Positions 25,143-39,389 of a stretch of DNA of 64,000 nt are shown in pieces. How positions within the stretch are numbered: position 1 is the first letter of the stretch; each line of letters begins with the position of its first letter. The notes under the pieces were generated by a model. It had not been told where the DNA came from, searched no databases, and worked only from the letters and a program-made list of their open reading frames with translations. This DNA comes from Octopus vulgaris (Eukaryota), in assembly GCA_951406725.2 (NCBI GenBank), contig OX597838.1, positions 23,126,001-23,190,000 on the forward strand, read 5' to 3'. The position numbers and the translations under genes are program-made.

Positions 25143-26043
25143 TTAAACAAAGGTCTACTCTGTCAAGTCTGACCTAGGGCTGAACAGTACTTGCTCGGAT
25201 CATACTTTGTCTAGGGCCCACAAATCCAGATGAAGCCAATAGGAGTGTCATGCCTTGAGTATTTAACCTTTGAGGATTTAAACCAGACACAGATGTATCT
25301 GGCCCAAATATTCTACCTATTTTGAATTCAAACCAGCCAGATTTGGCCCCTTTCATTTGCCCTACTAAAGATTCCCTTTGGTCAATTGCGAAGCAGACTC
25401 CTTAACTACACACAGATGTATGTTTATATATGTAGATACATTTTAAGAACATTTTAAGAACCCCTTCGGTCATGAATAAACATGAGACTGCACCTAAAAA
25501 GTGTCCCTCTGAGGTATAAGTCCAGGCAAAGTTGTTTATGGAAGACCAGTAGTTGCCCATACATGCCAGCCTCTCCTCTCCATGCCACTGATGTTATCCG
25601 AGGGAAAGGCAAGGGCCAATACAGCTTGGCACCAGTGGCATTGCAACCCATATCTACAGCTGAGTGAACTGGAACAACATGAAATAAAGTGTCTTGCTCA
25701 AGAACACAACACACAGCTCAATCCGGGAATCAAACTCACTGCCTTACAATTGTGAGTCCAGCACTCACCACAGAGCCATACATCTTCACTTGCCCTACAA
25801 TGTCATTCTAAAAGCAATCCATCACATCATAGAAATCTCAGGGCTATGAGATGCTGCATCATTAACGTAAAACAACAAAAGCTGAGATCATGCTAGGACA
25901 TTTAGTCGAACAAATCGATTCCAGTACTTTTGTAATTGCTAGGAATAAAAATAGAACAGAGAAAATTCAGAGGGATTTTACCTCTGTTGGTAACCAAAGT
26001 TCTCTCACTCCAAGTGAAAGTAATATTGTATGAATTGCAGAGC

Positions 26044-26430
26044 TTCATGGTAGTGAGACATGGGCCCTGAACACAGAGGATATGCAAAAAGGCCAGAGAG
26101 GAACGAAGCTGGTATGCTCTGTTGGATGTGCAATGTCAGAATGTGTGTGTGTGACAGAGCACTAGCATAATGAGAGAAAAGTTAGGCCTAAGAGGAATTA
26201 ATTACAGTGTGCGAGAGAGAAGACTGCACTGGTTTGGTTATGTGATGTGGATGGAGAAGGACGGTTGCATGAAGAAGTGCCAATCACTTGGAGTGGATTG
26301 AAGCTGTGGAAGAGGGAGACCCAGGAAGACATGGGATGAAGTAAAGAAGGTAGATCTCAAAATGCTGAACTTTATGAAGGAGACGACAGAGGATGCAGAT
26401 GTGGCACACAGCTGTACTCAAGAAGACCTG
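26044..26430 (+). mobile_element. RTE-type LINE 3' remnant
   Basis: LHGSETWAL...RERRLHWFGYVM...GRGRPRKTWDEV with frameshifts. More decayed pieces lie at about 1230-1420 (-) and 41600-41710 (+). Confidence 0.8.
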
Positions 26431-26810
26431 CCCACCACAACAGAATTGATATCCTAAAACTAATGTGACATATAATAAGCACTTACGATGGTCCCACATA
26501 AAAAGCACCCAGTACACTCTTGGTAGACGGAAAGTGAAAGAAGCCCATCATATATACGTATGTGTGTGTATATGTTTGTGTGTCTGTGTTTGTCCCCCCA
26601 ACATCACTTGACAACCAATGGTGGTGTGTTTACGTCCCCGTAACTTAGCAATTCAGCAAAAGCGACCGATAGAATAAGTACTAGGCTTCCAAAGAATAAG
26701 TCCTGGGGTTGATTTGCTCAACTAAAGGTGGTGCTCAAATGACTGAAACAAATAATAGAGTAAAAGAGATGGTGGTGATGAAACTGAAGGAAGCCTGTCA
26801 TGTGTATGTA

Positions 26811-27252
26811 CAGAGTATCCAGAAAGTTTCTCCCGATTTATATTTTGTCGTATATTGTATTGTTATTGCAGGTGAGGCTTTGAGGAACATGGCTTTTGGA
26901 CAGAATTGGAATCAACAAATTGGTGCTGTCCGACATCACTATCAGTGTGGTTCAAATGCAGTGGAGGCAAGTTGTTGTCTCAGTTAACAGTTTCATATTC
27001 ATAAGGTTCATGAGTAGGAACACCAAGTCACTCACTAACAAGTTTGAAACAACAGGCTCTGTAAACAATGCATCCAGATCTAGACGACCCGCTACAGCAA
27101 CATCTGATGAAATGAACAGTCTAACATAGTTCATACTTATCATTGTTTCATTTGTAGTTATTATTCATCAGTGTTCTATACAATAAAGTTAATTAGAAAA
27201 TCTACAATTAGTTTTCATATTAAAAATCAGGCGATACTTTTAGAACACTTTG
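26811..27252 (+). mobile_element. Internally deleted Tc1/mariner element
   Basis: TA-flanked imperfect TIRs (CAGAGTATCCAGAAAG / CTTTTAGAACACTTTG) and an HTH remnant NKFETTGSVNNASRSRRPATATS. Confidence 0.75.
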
Positions 27253-27580
27253 TATATATATATATAGATACTCGTGCCGGTGGCATGTTAAAAGCACTGT
27301 CCGAACGTGGCAGATGCCAGCGCCGCCTGACTGGCGTCTGTGTCAGTGACACGTAAAAGCACCAACCGATCGTGACCATTTGCCAGCCTCCTCTGGCCCC
27401 TGGGCCGGTGGCATGTAAAAAGCACCCACTACACTCACGTAGTTGGCGTTAGGAAGGGCATCCAGTTGTAGAAACACTGCTAGATCAGACTGGAGCCTGG
27501 TGCAGCCTACTGGCTTCCCAGACCCCGGTCAAACTGTCCAACCCATGCTAGCATGGGAAACAGACGTTAAACGATGATGA

Positions 27581-27635
<55 letters not shown>

Positions 27636-28492
27636 GGTTAGATATATATAGGGTAGCGAATATTCTTAGAAATTTCACCACCAGTGGCCTAGCATGTATA
27701 GAAAGTCAATAGACAACATATTCTCAATATAAAATAGTATACATTTAAACACAAGAGAAAACTACCTTTAACAGGTAATTTTTACATGCTAGAAGAAGCA
27801 GTCAAAACGACCTATACATAGGTGTATGTGTGTGTGCCTGTATCCCATGCCACTACTTGACAACTGGTGGTTGTGTTTATGTTGCTGTAACGTAGCAGTT
27901 AGGCAAAAGGGATCGGTAGAATAAGCACTGGGCTTTGAAAAAAAAAAATACTGGAGTTAATTCTTCAAGGCAGTACCCCAGCATGGATGCAATCTAAATG
28001 ACAAGATAAAAAAATCCTCATCATCCTTTATCGTCTGTTTTTCCAAGGAACAGAGTGAATCGAAGGCCGAGAGTTTCATGCATTGGCACTTACCAAACTA
28101 GTTTCACATCAAAAGGCTGTGATACATATGCTCATAGTTTGAGTTCTATTTTTCATGTTTGCATCACTATACCTCTCTCTCTCTCTGTTCCTTCTCAAGT
28201 CATGATTGTCTCATAAGGGCTGGTTTCTCGGTTTCATTGGCGTATAGGTTCCCTGCCTGGACGGGACGCCAGCCTGTTGCTGGTGAGCCGCTAGATGCAG
28301 GAGGAAAGAGTGAGAGAAAGTTGTGGCGAAAGAGTCAGCAGAGGTTTGCCATTACCTTCTGCCGGAGCCACGTGGAGCTTAGGTGTTTCACTTATAAACA
28401 GACACATCGCCTGGTCCGAGATTTGAACCCACGATCCTTTGACTGCTGCTCTAACCACTAGGCCATGTGATGTGCCTCATATATATATATTG

Positions 28493-28795
28493 TGGAGGCA
28501 CAATGGCCCAGTGGTTAGGGCAGCGGACTCACGGTCGTAGGATCGCAGTTTCGATTCCCAGACCAGGCGTTGTGAGTGTTTATTGAGCGAAAACACCTAA
28601 AGCTCCACGAGGCTCCGGCAGGGGATGGTGGCGATCCCTGCTGTACTCTTTCGCTACAACTTTCTCTCACTCTTTCTTCTGTTGGCCTGCTCGCTTAGCC
28701 AGCGGGGTGGTGTCATTTGAAGGCTAAAACAATACAAAGCACATTGTGACCAGCGATGTGTAGCAACATCTGATAGCCTGGTCGATCACGGTGAT
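28493..28795 (+). mobile_element. tRNA(Arg)-like SINE family C
   Basis: A box TGGCCCAGTGG and B box GTTTCGATTCC. Relatives lie at 28185-28470 (-), 38471-38760, 40890-41280 and 59981-60165. Confidence 0.8.
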
Positions 28796-29219
28796 ATATA
28801 TATATTATTTTTTTTTAGTAAAACAAATCTGGAGAAGCTCACTAAGTAGGGCAGTCTATATTTATTACCGAAGGCCAGTTTATAGGGTACCTTTATGGTG
28901 TATCTTCAGACCGTAAGACCTATTTCCCCTCCTCATATTTTAAAGAGGTCATAAGCCTATTTCCCCTCCCCATATTTTAAAGAGGTTTTAGGGTCTGAAG
29001 ATACACCATAAAGGTACCCTTTATGGCGAGAAACCCAAAATTATATATATATATATATAGATAAATATATATATATTCACACACACACACATATATGCAC
29101 AGGCGTGGCTGTGTGGTAACAAGCTTTCTTCCTAACCACATGGGTCACTGACTTGAAGAATTTTTAGTCTCCAGTACTCCAGTACTTATTTCGACTCTAT
29201 AATCGACTATATAAGTACT

Positions 29220-29376
29220 ATAATCGACTCCAGTACTTATTTTCTAAAAGCCTGGTATTTATTCTATTGCTCTCTTTTACTGGGGATGTAAACACATCAG
29301 CATCAGTTGTCAAGAGGTGGTGGGGTGACAAACACAGACACGAAGACACACACACACATATATATGTGTATGTATG

Positions 29377-29442
<66 letters not shown>

Positions 29443-29848
29443 CACACACAACAGCTTCTTTCAGTTTCTTTCTACCAAATCCATTCACAAGGCTTTGGTT
29501 GGCCCGAGGCTATAGTAGAAGGCACTATAAGGCGGTGAGCTGGCAGAACTGTTAGCACGGCAGGCGAAATGCTGAGCGGTATTTCGTCTGCCGTTACGTT
29601 CTGAGTTCAAATTCCGCCGAGGTCGACTTTGCCTTTCATCCTGTCGGGGTCGATAAATATAGTACCAGTTACGCACTGGGGTCAATGTAACCGACTTAAT
29701 CCGTTTGTCTCCTCTATGTTTAGCCCCTTGTGGGTAATAAAGAAATATATAGTAGAAGGCACTTTCCCACGGTGCCACGCCGTGGGACCGAAACCAGAAC
29801 CATGCGCTTGGAATGTAAGCTTCTTACCACACAGCCACGCCTGCGCTT
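29220..29848 (-). mobile_element. SINE family A copy interrupted by a family B SINE
   Basis: The family B insert at 29527-29747 is flanked by the 16-bp TSD TATAGTAGAAGGCACT. Confidence 0.82.
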
Positions 29849-30494
29849 ATAGATTTAGGGACCAGGATTCGAACCTGGGCAGTAATCTGTCAAATCGTTA
29901 TTACATTGTCGGGATGGAAAAGCACAGGATTTAAAAACATCTAAATTGATCGCATCTGCCTGAAGACTCCTCCACACGGCCACAGAACTACGAGCCAACG
30001 AGGAAGCTTTAAATAGGGCATACGATCTGACAGAAATAACAGCCAATTGTCCCCCAACAGGCTCTAAAAATATAAAGGATTGGCACTGGATAACGCAGCT
30101 TTTTTTTTTTTATACACTATGCTAAAAGGAAAAAAAGAGGCGTGATGGTCACTGATAAATGTCTTTGACGATAAAGCACTCTGTATGGGAGGAAGCTGGC
30201 CTGGGGCTAAACAATAGAGCACACTACTACTACTTCTACTACTACTACTACTATTGCTCATACAAATAAACTTTCAAACACACTCGTTCTCTCTGCCTTA
30301 CCATCTATTGTACACACACGTACACGCGCTTCACACGACCGCGCGCGCACGCACACACATGTAGTGACTCACAGATAGATGAGTCTCCTTTTACAAACAC
30401 ACACACACACACACACAGCTACACAGAGGCACGTTCATACACACACACACACACAGCTACACACACACACACACACATACATACACACACTCAC

Positions 30495-30780
30495 AATGCC
30501 ATCCTAACTATGATGAAAACAATAATCAGACAAAAGGGAGAAAGCCAGGAAATGGCATAGTTTTGGACCGTTGATGTTCTTGTTACTGCTACTGCTGCTA
30601 TTACTGCTAACTGTGATGGTGGCGGTGGTGGTGGTGTAGGTGGTGGTGGTCGTGGTGGCAGCGATGTTGCTACCGCTGTATTCTTTACTAGCAGACATTT
30701 ACACTGCCTTCCTTATTCCTTTCTCTATCAATGCCAGCTTTCACTACAAGACACGTACACATTGTCTTCGAGTAAATGTG
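30495..30780 (-). other. Possible non-coding upstream exon of Git
   Basis: Minus-strand donor ATT|GTGAGT at 30494, unique sequence, CpG-retaining neighbourhood. The 5' boundary is a guess. Confidence 0.3.
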
Positions 30781-30784
30781 AGGC

Positions 30785-31254
30785 GTGTGTGTGTGTGTGA
30801 GTAAATATATATGTATAGTGTGTGTGTGTGTATATATATATGTATAGTGTGTGTGTATATATATGTATGTATAGTGTGTGTGTGTGTGTATATATATATA
30901 TGTATGTATAGTGTGTGTGTATATATATATGTATAGTGTGTGTGTGTATATATATATATGTATAGTGTGTGTATATATATATATAGTGTGTGTGTGTGTA
31001 TATATGTATAGTGTGTGTGTGTGTATATATGTATAGTGTGTGTGTATATATATGTATAGTGTGTGTGTATATATATATGTATAGTGTGTGTGTGTATATA
31101 TATATAGTGTGTGTGTGTGTGTATATGTATAGTGTGTGTGTGTATATATGTATAGTGTGTGTATATATATATGTATAGTGTGTGTGTGTATATATATATA
31201 TATGTATAGTGTCTGTATGTGTGTATATATATATATATATGTATAGTGTGTGTG

Positions 31255-31340
<86 letters not shown>
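30785..31340. repeat. Compound (TG)n(TA)n-GTATAG repeat
   Basis: Directly visible. Confidence 0.9.
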
Positions 31341-31915
31341 CCAAGTGTTTGTGTGTATACACATGCACCCACATACACGTGTGTGTATGCGTGTCCATAT
31401 ATATATTTCTTTATATCTTTGTCTCTTCGTAGTTATCTGCATAGAGAAACACAGAATCGTCCCAATGATTCGAAGCGATATGTTTATACACAAGTGCGTG
31501 TGTGTGTATATATATATGTATATATAGTGTGTGTGTGTGTGTGTGTGATGTTTATAAGTGACGTATACATATTGTGTGAAATGTATGTGCGTGTGTGCGA
31601 CTGGGTGTATACGAGTGTCTGTAGATATGCAATGCGAGTTAAATTGTGATCATATTTATGCAGCTGATGGGTGTGTATGTGTGTGTGCATGTGTAATGTC
31701 TATTAGTCTGTCTGTGCGTGTGTTTGTGTGTGGATTTATTTTACAGGCAATTCTTTTCACAAGACGTCAAGGAAAGACACACATTACATGCGGTAAAAGA
31801 AAAAGACGACGAAGAATACGAAAAGAAAACAACAAAAAAAACTTATCCTTAACGAGAGACATTAAAGTAAACGAAATACATCTGACAGGAAAAGAGAATT
31901 AGAACAAGAACTCAC

Positions 31916-32390
31916 CTAAGAAAGCCAAAACTAAACACACTAAATCGGTTTAGTTTTCGGTGCAAATAAAGTTCCAATTTACTTATTGTATATAAATCTT
32001 TTTGTTGTGTTTTGATGCACATAATCCTTCTGTTTGCATGAGGGAAAGCGTAAAAGATGTTGAGAAGATTTGTATGAAATCCAATCAATTTCTGCTTCGG
32101 AAGAAAGAGCCCTGCCTAAAAACGTTTAGAACTCTCTTATTCTCTTTGATAGCAAACTTCGCGGATATCTATCTATCTGTGTGTGTGTGTGTATATATAT
32201 GTATATGTATATATATATATAATATATATATATATATATACACCGATTTCGAAAATAGATTTAGGAAAGAAACTGGAAGACTGTGTGTTCTGCTCCAAAC
32301 ACTGGAACTCCGATCTCCTCTCTCTACACACACACCACAACGTTATTTTACGATTTTATATTCACATAGGCGTATATTCATACGTGCATG

Positions 32391-32449
<59 letters not shown>

Positions 32450-32550
32450 ACGCACACACACGTATACACACAACTTCGATGATCGATTTATAATGGTAAC
32501 CGAAAGATACGATTCTGCCCCAAACGTCACACCTCGTCTCACCAAACACA
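31916..32550 (-). other. Possible first non-coding exon / promoter region of Git
   Basis: Consensus minus-strand donor TAG|GTGAGT at 31915 within a visibly CpG-retaining, SINE-free stretch (about 31.4-33.4 kb). The TSS was not located. Confidence 0.4.
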
Positions 32551-32703
32551 AACTTATATATTTCACAAATAATATAAACTGTTCTTTTTATAGATAGATA
32601 GATATTTTGTTTGTTTTTCTTTTTAATTATGCCTAACCAATACAAGTTCCCTATAGAGACGAGGGAGACTTTAGCAGGTTTGTGTTGTTTTTTTTTACTC
32701 CAC

Positions 32704-32745
<42 letters not shown>

Positions 32746-33542
32746 CCTTGCTTAAACTGCCTTTGTTATTTCATTTGATGTCGTTTCCCCACACTTTTGA
32801 CCTGTCTGTAGCCTTCTGTTTTTTTTCTTAATTTAAACTTTCTCATAGAATATATATGGGAGAGTAGAATTAGCTCCAATTTAAGGGAGGTTAAAGCCTT
32901 TTTTGTTTTGTTATTTTTGTTCTCCACTTCTATATTAAAAACCTTATATTTTGTTGGTTTTTTTTTGATATTTATGGCCCCAATGTTTCAAGCAGTCTAT
33001 ATAACATTGCTGTTTTTTTTTCTTCTTCTTGTATCTAAACTTTCTCATAAATATATATATGGGAGACAGAAGAGAAAACAATTATCCTTATATAAGGCAG
33101 GGTTAAAAACTAAACATCTAGCTATTCATAACGAAAAGTGAGCCACGACTCGAAAAAAAAAAAAGGTGAAGCAGAAATGTCGAGACGAAAGGGATGGGTT
33201 TTAATGACATTTGTTTAAGTGTTTTAAAAGAAAAACTTACGTTTAGCACTGGGGGCTCTCTCTCTCTCTCCCCCCTTTCATTACTGTTCTACACAGCCGT
33301 ACTTTCGTACTCACGGAAACCCATCGTTGTGGATATTTATTTTATTACTGTAGTTATATGTAAGAGGGTGTTAATCCGTAGTTTCGTATCTAAAGGAAAT
33401 GTTACACATACATGTGTGTGTGTGTGTATATAGGTGTATGGGTGGGTGTGTTTACGTATGTATATATATATATGTGTGTGTGAGTACATATGCACGAAGG
33501 TGTTTACTTTTATATTGACAGAAAATACATACCTATACGTAT

Positions 33543-33590
<48 letters not shown>

Positions 33591-33961
33591 CTGCTTCTCT
33601 AAGTATATATATATATATAGAGAGAGAGAGAGAAAGATAGATAGAGAGACAGACAGACAGACAGATAGAGAGAGAGAGACAGAGGGAGAGTCATAGTTTT
33701 AGTTTCGTATATGCGTATGTGCACGCGTGTATGTATGTATGTATATACACAAATATATATATATATTTGTATTTATATAAATATATGTAAGTATAGATTA
33801 TGGATTTATGAATGGAAAGAAAGGAAGAAGAAAGTGTGGGGGGGAAAGAGAAACAGTAAAATAGAAGAGAGAGGGAGAGAGAGGTATCGTATATATTTAT
33901 ATCTTCTGTCAGGGTAGTTCCTCGTGGAGAGGAACCGACGAGCAAAGTGTATATGTAGGTA

Positions 33962-34013
<52 letters not shown>

Positions 34014-37000
34014 CTATAGCTATATCTAGAACGACCTATGAAAATACAGATGGTTTACTAATTAAAACAGCTGTATAGTTTCTGTCGTTTACTATAAGAG
34101 AAACAAAAACACATGTATTCAAGTACGGCAGATTAGACTACAGATAAAGAACTACATTTAGTACCAATGTTTATAAGATTGAGTGAGCATCGAGCACTGG
34201 ACGTTAGGACCTTGCCTCACGATTTCGTTTCTTCTACGATAATCTTTTGTTTTATTTCTTTCGGTGAACTGCGGCTATGCTGGGGCACCGCCTTGCTAGT
34301 TTTAGTGAAACAAATCGACCCAAGTTCTTGTATGTTTGGTTTTTGTTAGTTTAGTTTTTTTTAAAGCCGGGTATGTATTCTATTTACTTGGAAAAGGATG
34401 CGTGGCGTTCGATCATATAATAATATAAATTAGTGGAGGCGCGTGGATTAGTGGTTAGGGTATCAGCATCATGATCGTAAGTTTGTGGTTTCGATTCCTG
34501 GACCGGGCGACGCGTTGTGTTCTTGAGCAAAACATTTCATTTCATGTTGCTGCAGTCGGCAAAAATGAGTAACGATGCGATGGACTGACGTCCCGTCCAG
34601 CTGGGGAATACATACGCCATAGAAACCGGGCCCATGAGCCTGGTTAGGCTTTAAAAGGGCGAAATGCTTAGCGGTATTTCGTCTGCTTTTCCGTTCTGAG
34701 TTCAAATTCCGCCGAGGTCGACTTTGCCTTTCATCCTTTCGGGGTCGATAAATAAATTACCAGTTTCGCACTGGGGTCGATGTAATTGACTTAATCCCTT
34801 TGTCTGTCCTTGTTTGTCCCCTCTATGTTTAGCCCCTTGCGGACAATAAAGAAATATATAATAATATAAATTATGTATAAATATATGCATATATACAAAG
34901 ATATATGTACATACCTACATATATATGTATATATATATGCATATATGGGTACAGGACATAAAAAAAAAAACGTTGAACACAATGAGAAACGAAAACATAA
35001 AAACAAAAACATAGAAACATAAAGAATATTCCCCTTCTTCAGTTGTCCCTGTTTCAGCTACTCCACGTTATGAAGGCAGGGACTATTCATCTCTTTTGCC
35101 GCTAAGTTACGGGGACGATTCCTCCCCCCCCCCCCCACTTATTTTGTGATTTAGGGGAGATTTTTGAAGAACAAGGGGGAATTCGCGGCTTTGTTCAATG
35201 AACAAACGAAACACACAACCTGGCAGTGGCTAAAACACAAACTGATCAAATTTATGAGTAAATTTTCTTTTTGTATGTTTGTGTCCTTTTACACAATATT
35301 AAAACAACGGCTAAAAATTTTCTGAAGCAACACCCCAACAAATATCATCGACGAGCTGCCACTGCACTCTACTGTCTGAAAATATACATACATACATAGT
35401 GGCTGTCCCCCCTCGTTATCGAGTATGGCCATTGCACGAAGCTTAATCAATGTTGTTATCGTGCAATGCCTGTGCAAGAAGATTTTTTTAAAGTGAGGAA
35501 AGACTGTGCACTGAGTCAATCCCACTCACTAAGCAACACCAGCCATAATCCGAAAAGAAGAACAAGTCAACATCATCGGTAACCACTGAGCCGCAGTTTT
35601 ATATCGGAGTTATTCCAGTAACCTGAGTTACCTTCTCCTAGAAGGATGCCCTAACAAAGGCTAGGAGTCCTTCACTCCCGATGGTTTAACCGCGCGATCG
35701 GGTATTCAGTCCGATTATTTCTGTGTCCCCGCGCATGATACATCCTTAAGACATTTATTGGATGGCCGTTGACTCTCAAGAGTTCCTCCGCCCTTTGACG
35801 GGTTTTGTTTTTCATCCCACAGGGTGTCCAATAAACACCCATATACATACATACATACATACATACATACATACATACATACATACATACATACATAGTA
35901 GATAAAAAGAAAACGAAGAACAAACGTAAGAAAAACAACAATAACGCGAGGACGTGGTACATGCAAAGTATAAGCAGACGTTCAGAGAAGGAAAGAAAGG
36001 TGGTTTCACGTTTCGAGCAAAGTTCTTCTTCAGAAAGAGGTGGCAGAGGAAAGTCCAAGAAAAAGGAAGACGGAGGGAAAAAAATCGCCAACGATTTACA
36101 TGCAGTTACATTTAGAAATGTAACACACATACATACGGAGAGAGAGAGAGAGAGATAAAGAAAGGAGTTAGAGAGAGATTGTTAGTAAATAATAATATCC
36201 ATGAACCGTGCAAGCAAGTTTAGGAGCATATATATATATATGGGGGGGGGGGTTATTCTGCATCTGGGTGTGTCTGTGGAGTTGTTAGCTAACTCCCCCT
36301 ACATCATTTTAACAAATTTGATGAAACTTGACACGTGAGTAGAACACATGTCTGGAAACCTCATGGCATACTCAGATTGTTGAAAAAATCGATAATAGGA
36401 CCCTTGGAAGGCATCCTTATATATATCTAATACATTTAATTTTAAAAACCAGGGGAAATAACCCATTCGACCCTGGAAGGGATCCTTATATATAGCTAAG
36501 GGAAATAACCCATTCATTTTTCTAAATTATTTGGTAAAAATGAAAATGAGTATGTTTATTTCTTAGTATTTGAACAGTTAGAGTTATTTTTGCAATTTAT
36601 CCAGTACAACCCTTAAACAAGTAAATAGTATTTTCCTAAACAATAGACCCACTTATTTCGGTTAGTGGCTTATTCACAAATATACCAACACTAGCGCCTC
36701 TGGAGGTGATATTCTCTGGGAACGCACAAAGGCCCTTTTCAGAGTTATTTACTTTGAATTCTTATCTCATATCTGATTAGTCTGTTATTACGTAACATGC
36801 TTCACGATTTTAGTACACATACCTTAGTATTTCCTCCTATATTCCATATGCTCTTTGAATGCATTAAAGCCCTTATCGGGGCTACTTTATTTGAATTCTT
36901 ACTATTAGGTAACTAATTTAATGTTATTACATAACTGACTTCACAATTTTGGTATTCGTAATTTACTACGGAATTCCTAAAAACAAGATCCTGTGTAAGA

Positions 37001-37202
37001 CAGTTCGGTATTCTCTGTAAATGCACAAAAACCGGTTTAAGGGCTACATACTTTGTATTGTTGGATTAGGGAAACAATTATGAGAACGGAACCAAGGAAT
37101 AAGCCCTGCTTTCCCAGGAATTACCAGGTATGTCAGCTAGTATATATGCATACATACATACATACATACATACATGCATACATACATACATACATACATA
37201 CA

Positions 37203-37234
<32 letters not shown>

Positions 37235-37977
37235 AAATGATTAAGGTGCTGGGAAGTACCAGCTTCGCTAGAAATAGGAGCCATGTGAACTCTGAAGTCA
37301 CAGAGAGCTCACTTACGACTGGTTTCTTTCAGTTTCCGTCTACCTAATCCCCTTGATACCTAAACATCCAAAACCTAAAAACTGTTCTTTACAAGTACCT
37401 CAAAGTTCCACCACCAATTGCTCTGACGAAAGAGAGCCTTAGAAAGTGTTTAGACATTCGGCTGTTTAGACTCCTGGATATTTATCGTTGGTAAACGATG
37501 CATGAAAATGAATACCTTTGAAAGGATAGAGATGAGAAGCCATAAAATAAGACATCTCAACAAAACGCCTCCACCTGTTCTTAGGTCGGGAATCAGTATG
37601 GTAACTGATATGATATGGGATAGCAATGTTCATAAAAGCTGCGAGGAAAGGAATTAACAGATGTTATAACGAAAGCTGAAATTCACTGATTTAAATAATA
37701 AAAATGAGGGTTTGGTTATATCCAATGTTTTTAATATCATATATAACCACTGAAGCATGAAATGCAATGATTAGAGAAAATTATTCGGGCTTACCTGATA
37801 TCTATTAATAATATATGATGTAGGGGAACGACAAAGCAGCATAAGTAAAACAGGAAAAAACACATACGTAGTGGAAGCGGATATGCTTAACACTCATCAG
37901 TTATCGCTCAAAAATCACCACAATTTTGACACCTTTTGCTAAATTTTGTATGCTCAACCACAAAGAGAAAATAAAGA

Positions 37978-38252
37978 AGAGCACTCAGAGAGCGCAAACC
38001 TCTGCCAAGGCAACACCAACGATTAGTAACCAGAGATGATTTTTAAAATGAGAATATCTGAAATAAACTCAACTGCTCTCACGAACGAGAATACTAAAAA
38101 CGACCCCGACTGCTCTCGAAAGTTAAGTTAAAAAATAATCCAGAATCCTTGTCCGGTACAAGATCGATCCCAAAATCTAATCAGTTCGTGCCAATCACGA
38201 GACCAATTATCCCTGAAAGTTTCATCCGAATCCATCCAGCGGTTCTTGAGAT
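37978..38252 (-). mobile_element. Partial second copy of the HINE-like element
   Basis: Colinear with 10750-11018. Confidence 0.6.
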
Positions 38253-38789
38253 GTTAATTGTGATTGTTTTCCTAATTGTTTATTCGTTGTTTTGTGTAAA
38301 ATTCTCACTGTCCCCGTCTACTTTATTGTCCCCTGTATGTCGGCCTTAGTGGCCAATAGATGAAATAAATATAATAATAATTTTTTCAATGTTTTTCATT
38401 ATTGTTTATACTATGTATATACTTCACTTCTTTTAATATATACCGCGTGTACATATATATGTATGTATAGTGGAGGCACACGGCCTAGTGGTTAGAGCAG
38501 CGGACTCGCGGTCGAGGGATCGCGGGTTCGAATATCAGACCGGGCGATGTGTGTGTGTTTATGAGCGAAGCACCTAAGCTTCTTCCGGCAGAAGACAATG
38601 ACGAAATTCTGCTGACTTTTTCGCCACAACTTTCTCTCACTCTTTCCTCCAGCCTTTTGCAGCTCATCTGCGACGGTCCGGCGTCCCGTCCAGTTGGGGA
38701 ACCTATACGCCAAGGAAACTGGCCCTTATGAGCCAGGCGTGGCTCGAGAAGGAACAAACAGTGTGTGTGTGTACGTGTGTGTAGGGGCA

Positions 38790-38922
38790 ATATAAGTTTT
38801 TCTCAAAAATGCTAAGAGTAAAAGATGTTTTATATGACACATTCTACCAGTGTCCGAAGTTTGAAAGTGTTTAGTAATAAAAAATAATTTTTTAAAATCT
38901 GTATGTCAAAAGGTAAAGATCC
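38790..38922. mobile_element. Truncated right arm of the 20584-21193 MITE family
   Basis: Colinear with 21063-21193 and ends in GGTAAAGATCC. Confidence 0.8.
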
Positions 38923-39320
38923 TGGAGCTAGATTTGGCAACCCCTAAGCAAATTTCGTTCCTGCACTAACACATCTAGCTTTAAAACCTATACCAAATAG
39001 TAGAAACGAACGCAGGAGGAAATGTGGACTCTGCAAGCAATTAAGATTAATTGCTTTCTCTGTTGAAATGCGATTAAGGACTATGACAGGTAGTAAGACA
39101 CTGTGAGTTACGTCCTAATCAAGTTGATCTGGAAATTAAACGCAAGGATGCTTTAATCCATTTCACTGCAACCAGGTGGAATACATTGTTTGAGGATTCC
39201 AGCCCATCATATAAACACCAGCACTTATTTCAGACTGCTTTTTGCTTTATCGATTTCTGTTAACTTTCGATTTAAAATAACTTAACGTGCCATTTTACAC
39301 TAGTATACACAAATAATTAC

Positions 39321-39389
<69 letters not shown>

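Noticed and set aside
28493-28570. tRNA genes suggested by A/B boxes in many places
   Set aside because: No complete cloverleaf or acceptor stem, and they continue into SINE bodies.
34990-35085. Minus-strand CUGAAGAAGG in an element next to a TA-rich tract
   Set aside because: No GAAA or NUH in a compatible arrangement in this copy.
37860-37905. Minus-strand CUGAUGA followed by a hairpin
   Set aside because: No GAAA after the stem and no stem I partner, so it is not a hammerhead as it stands.
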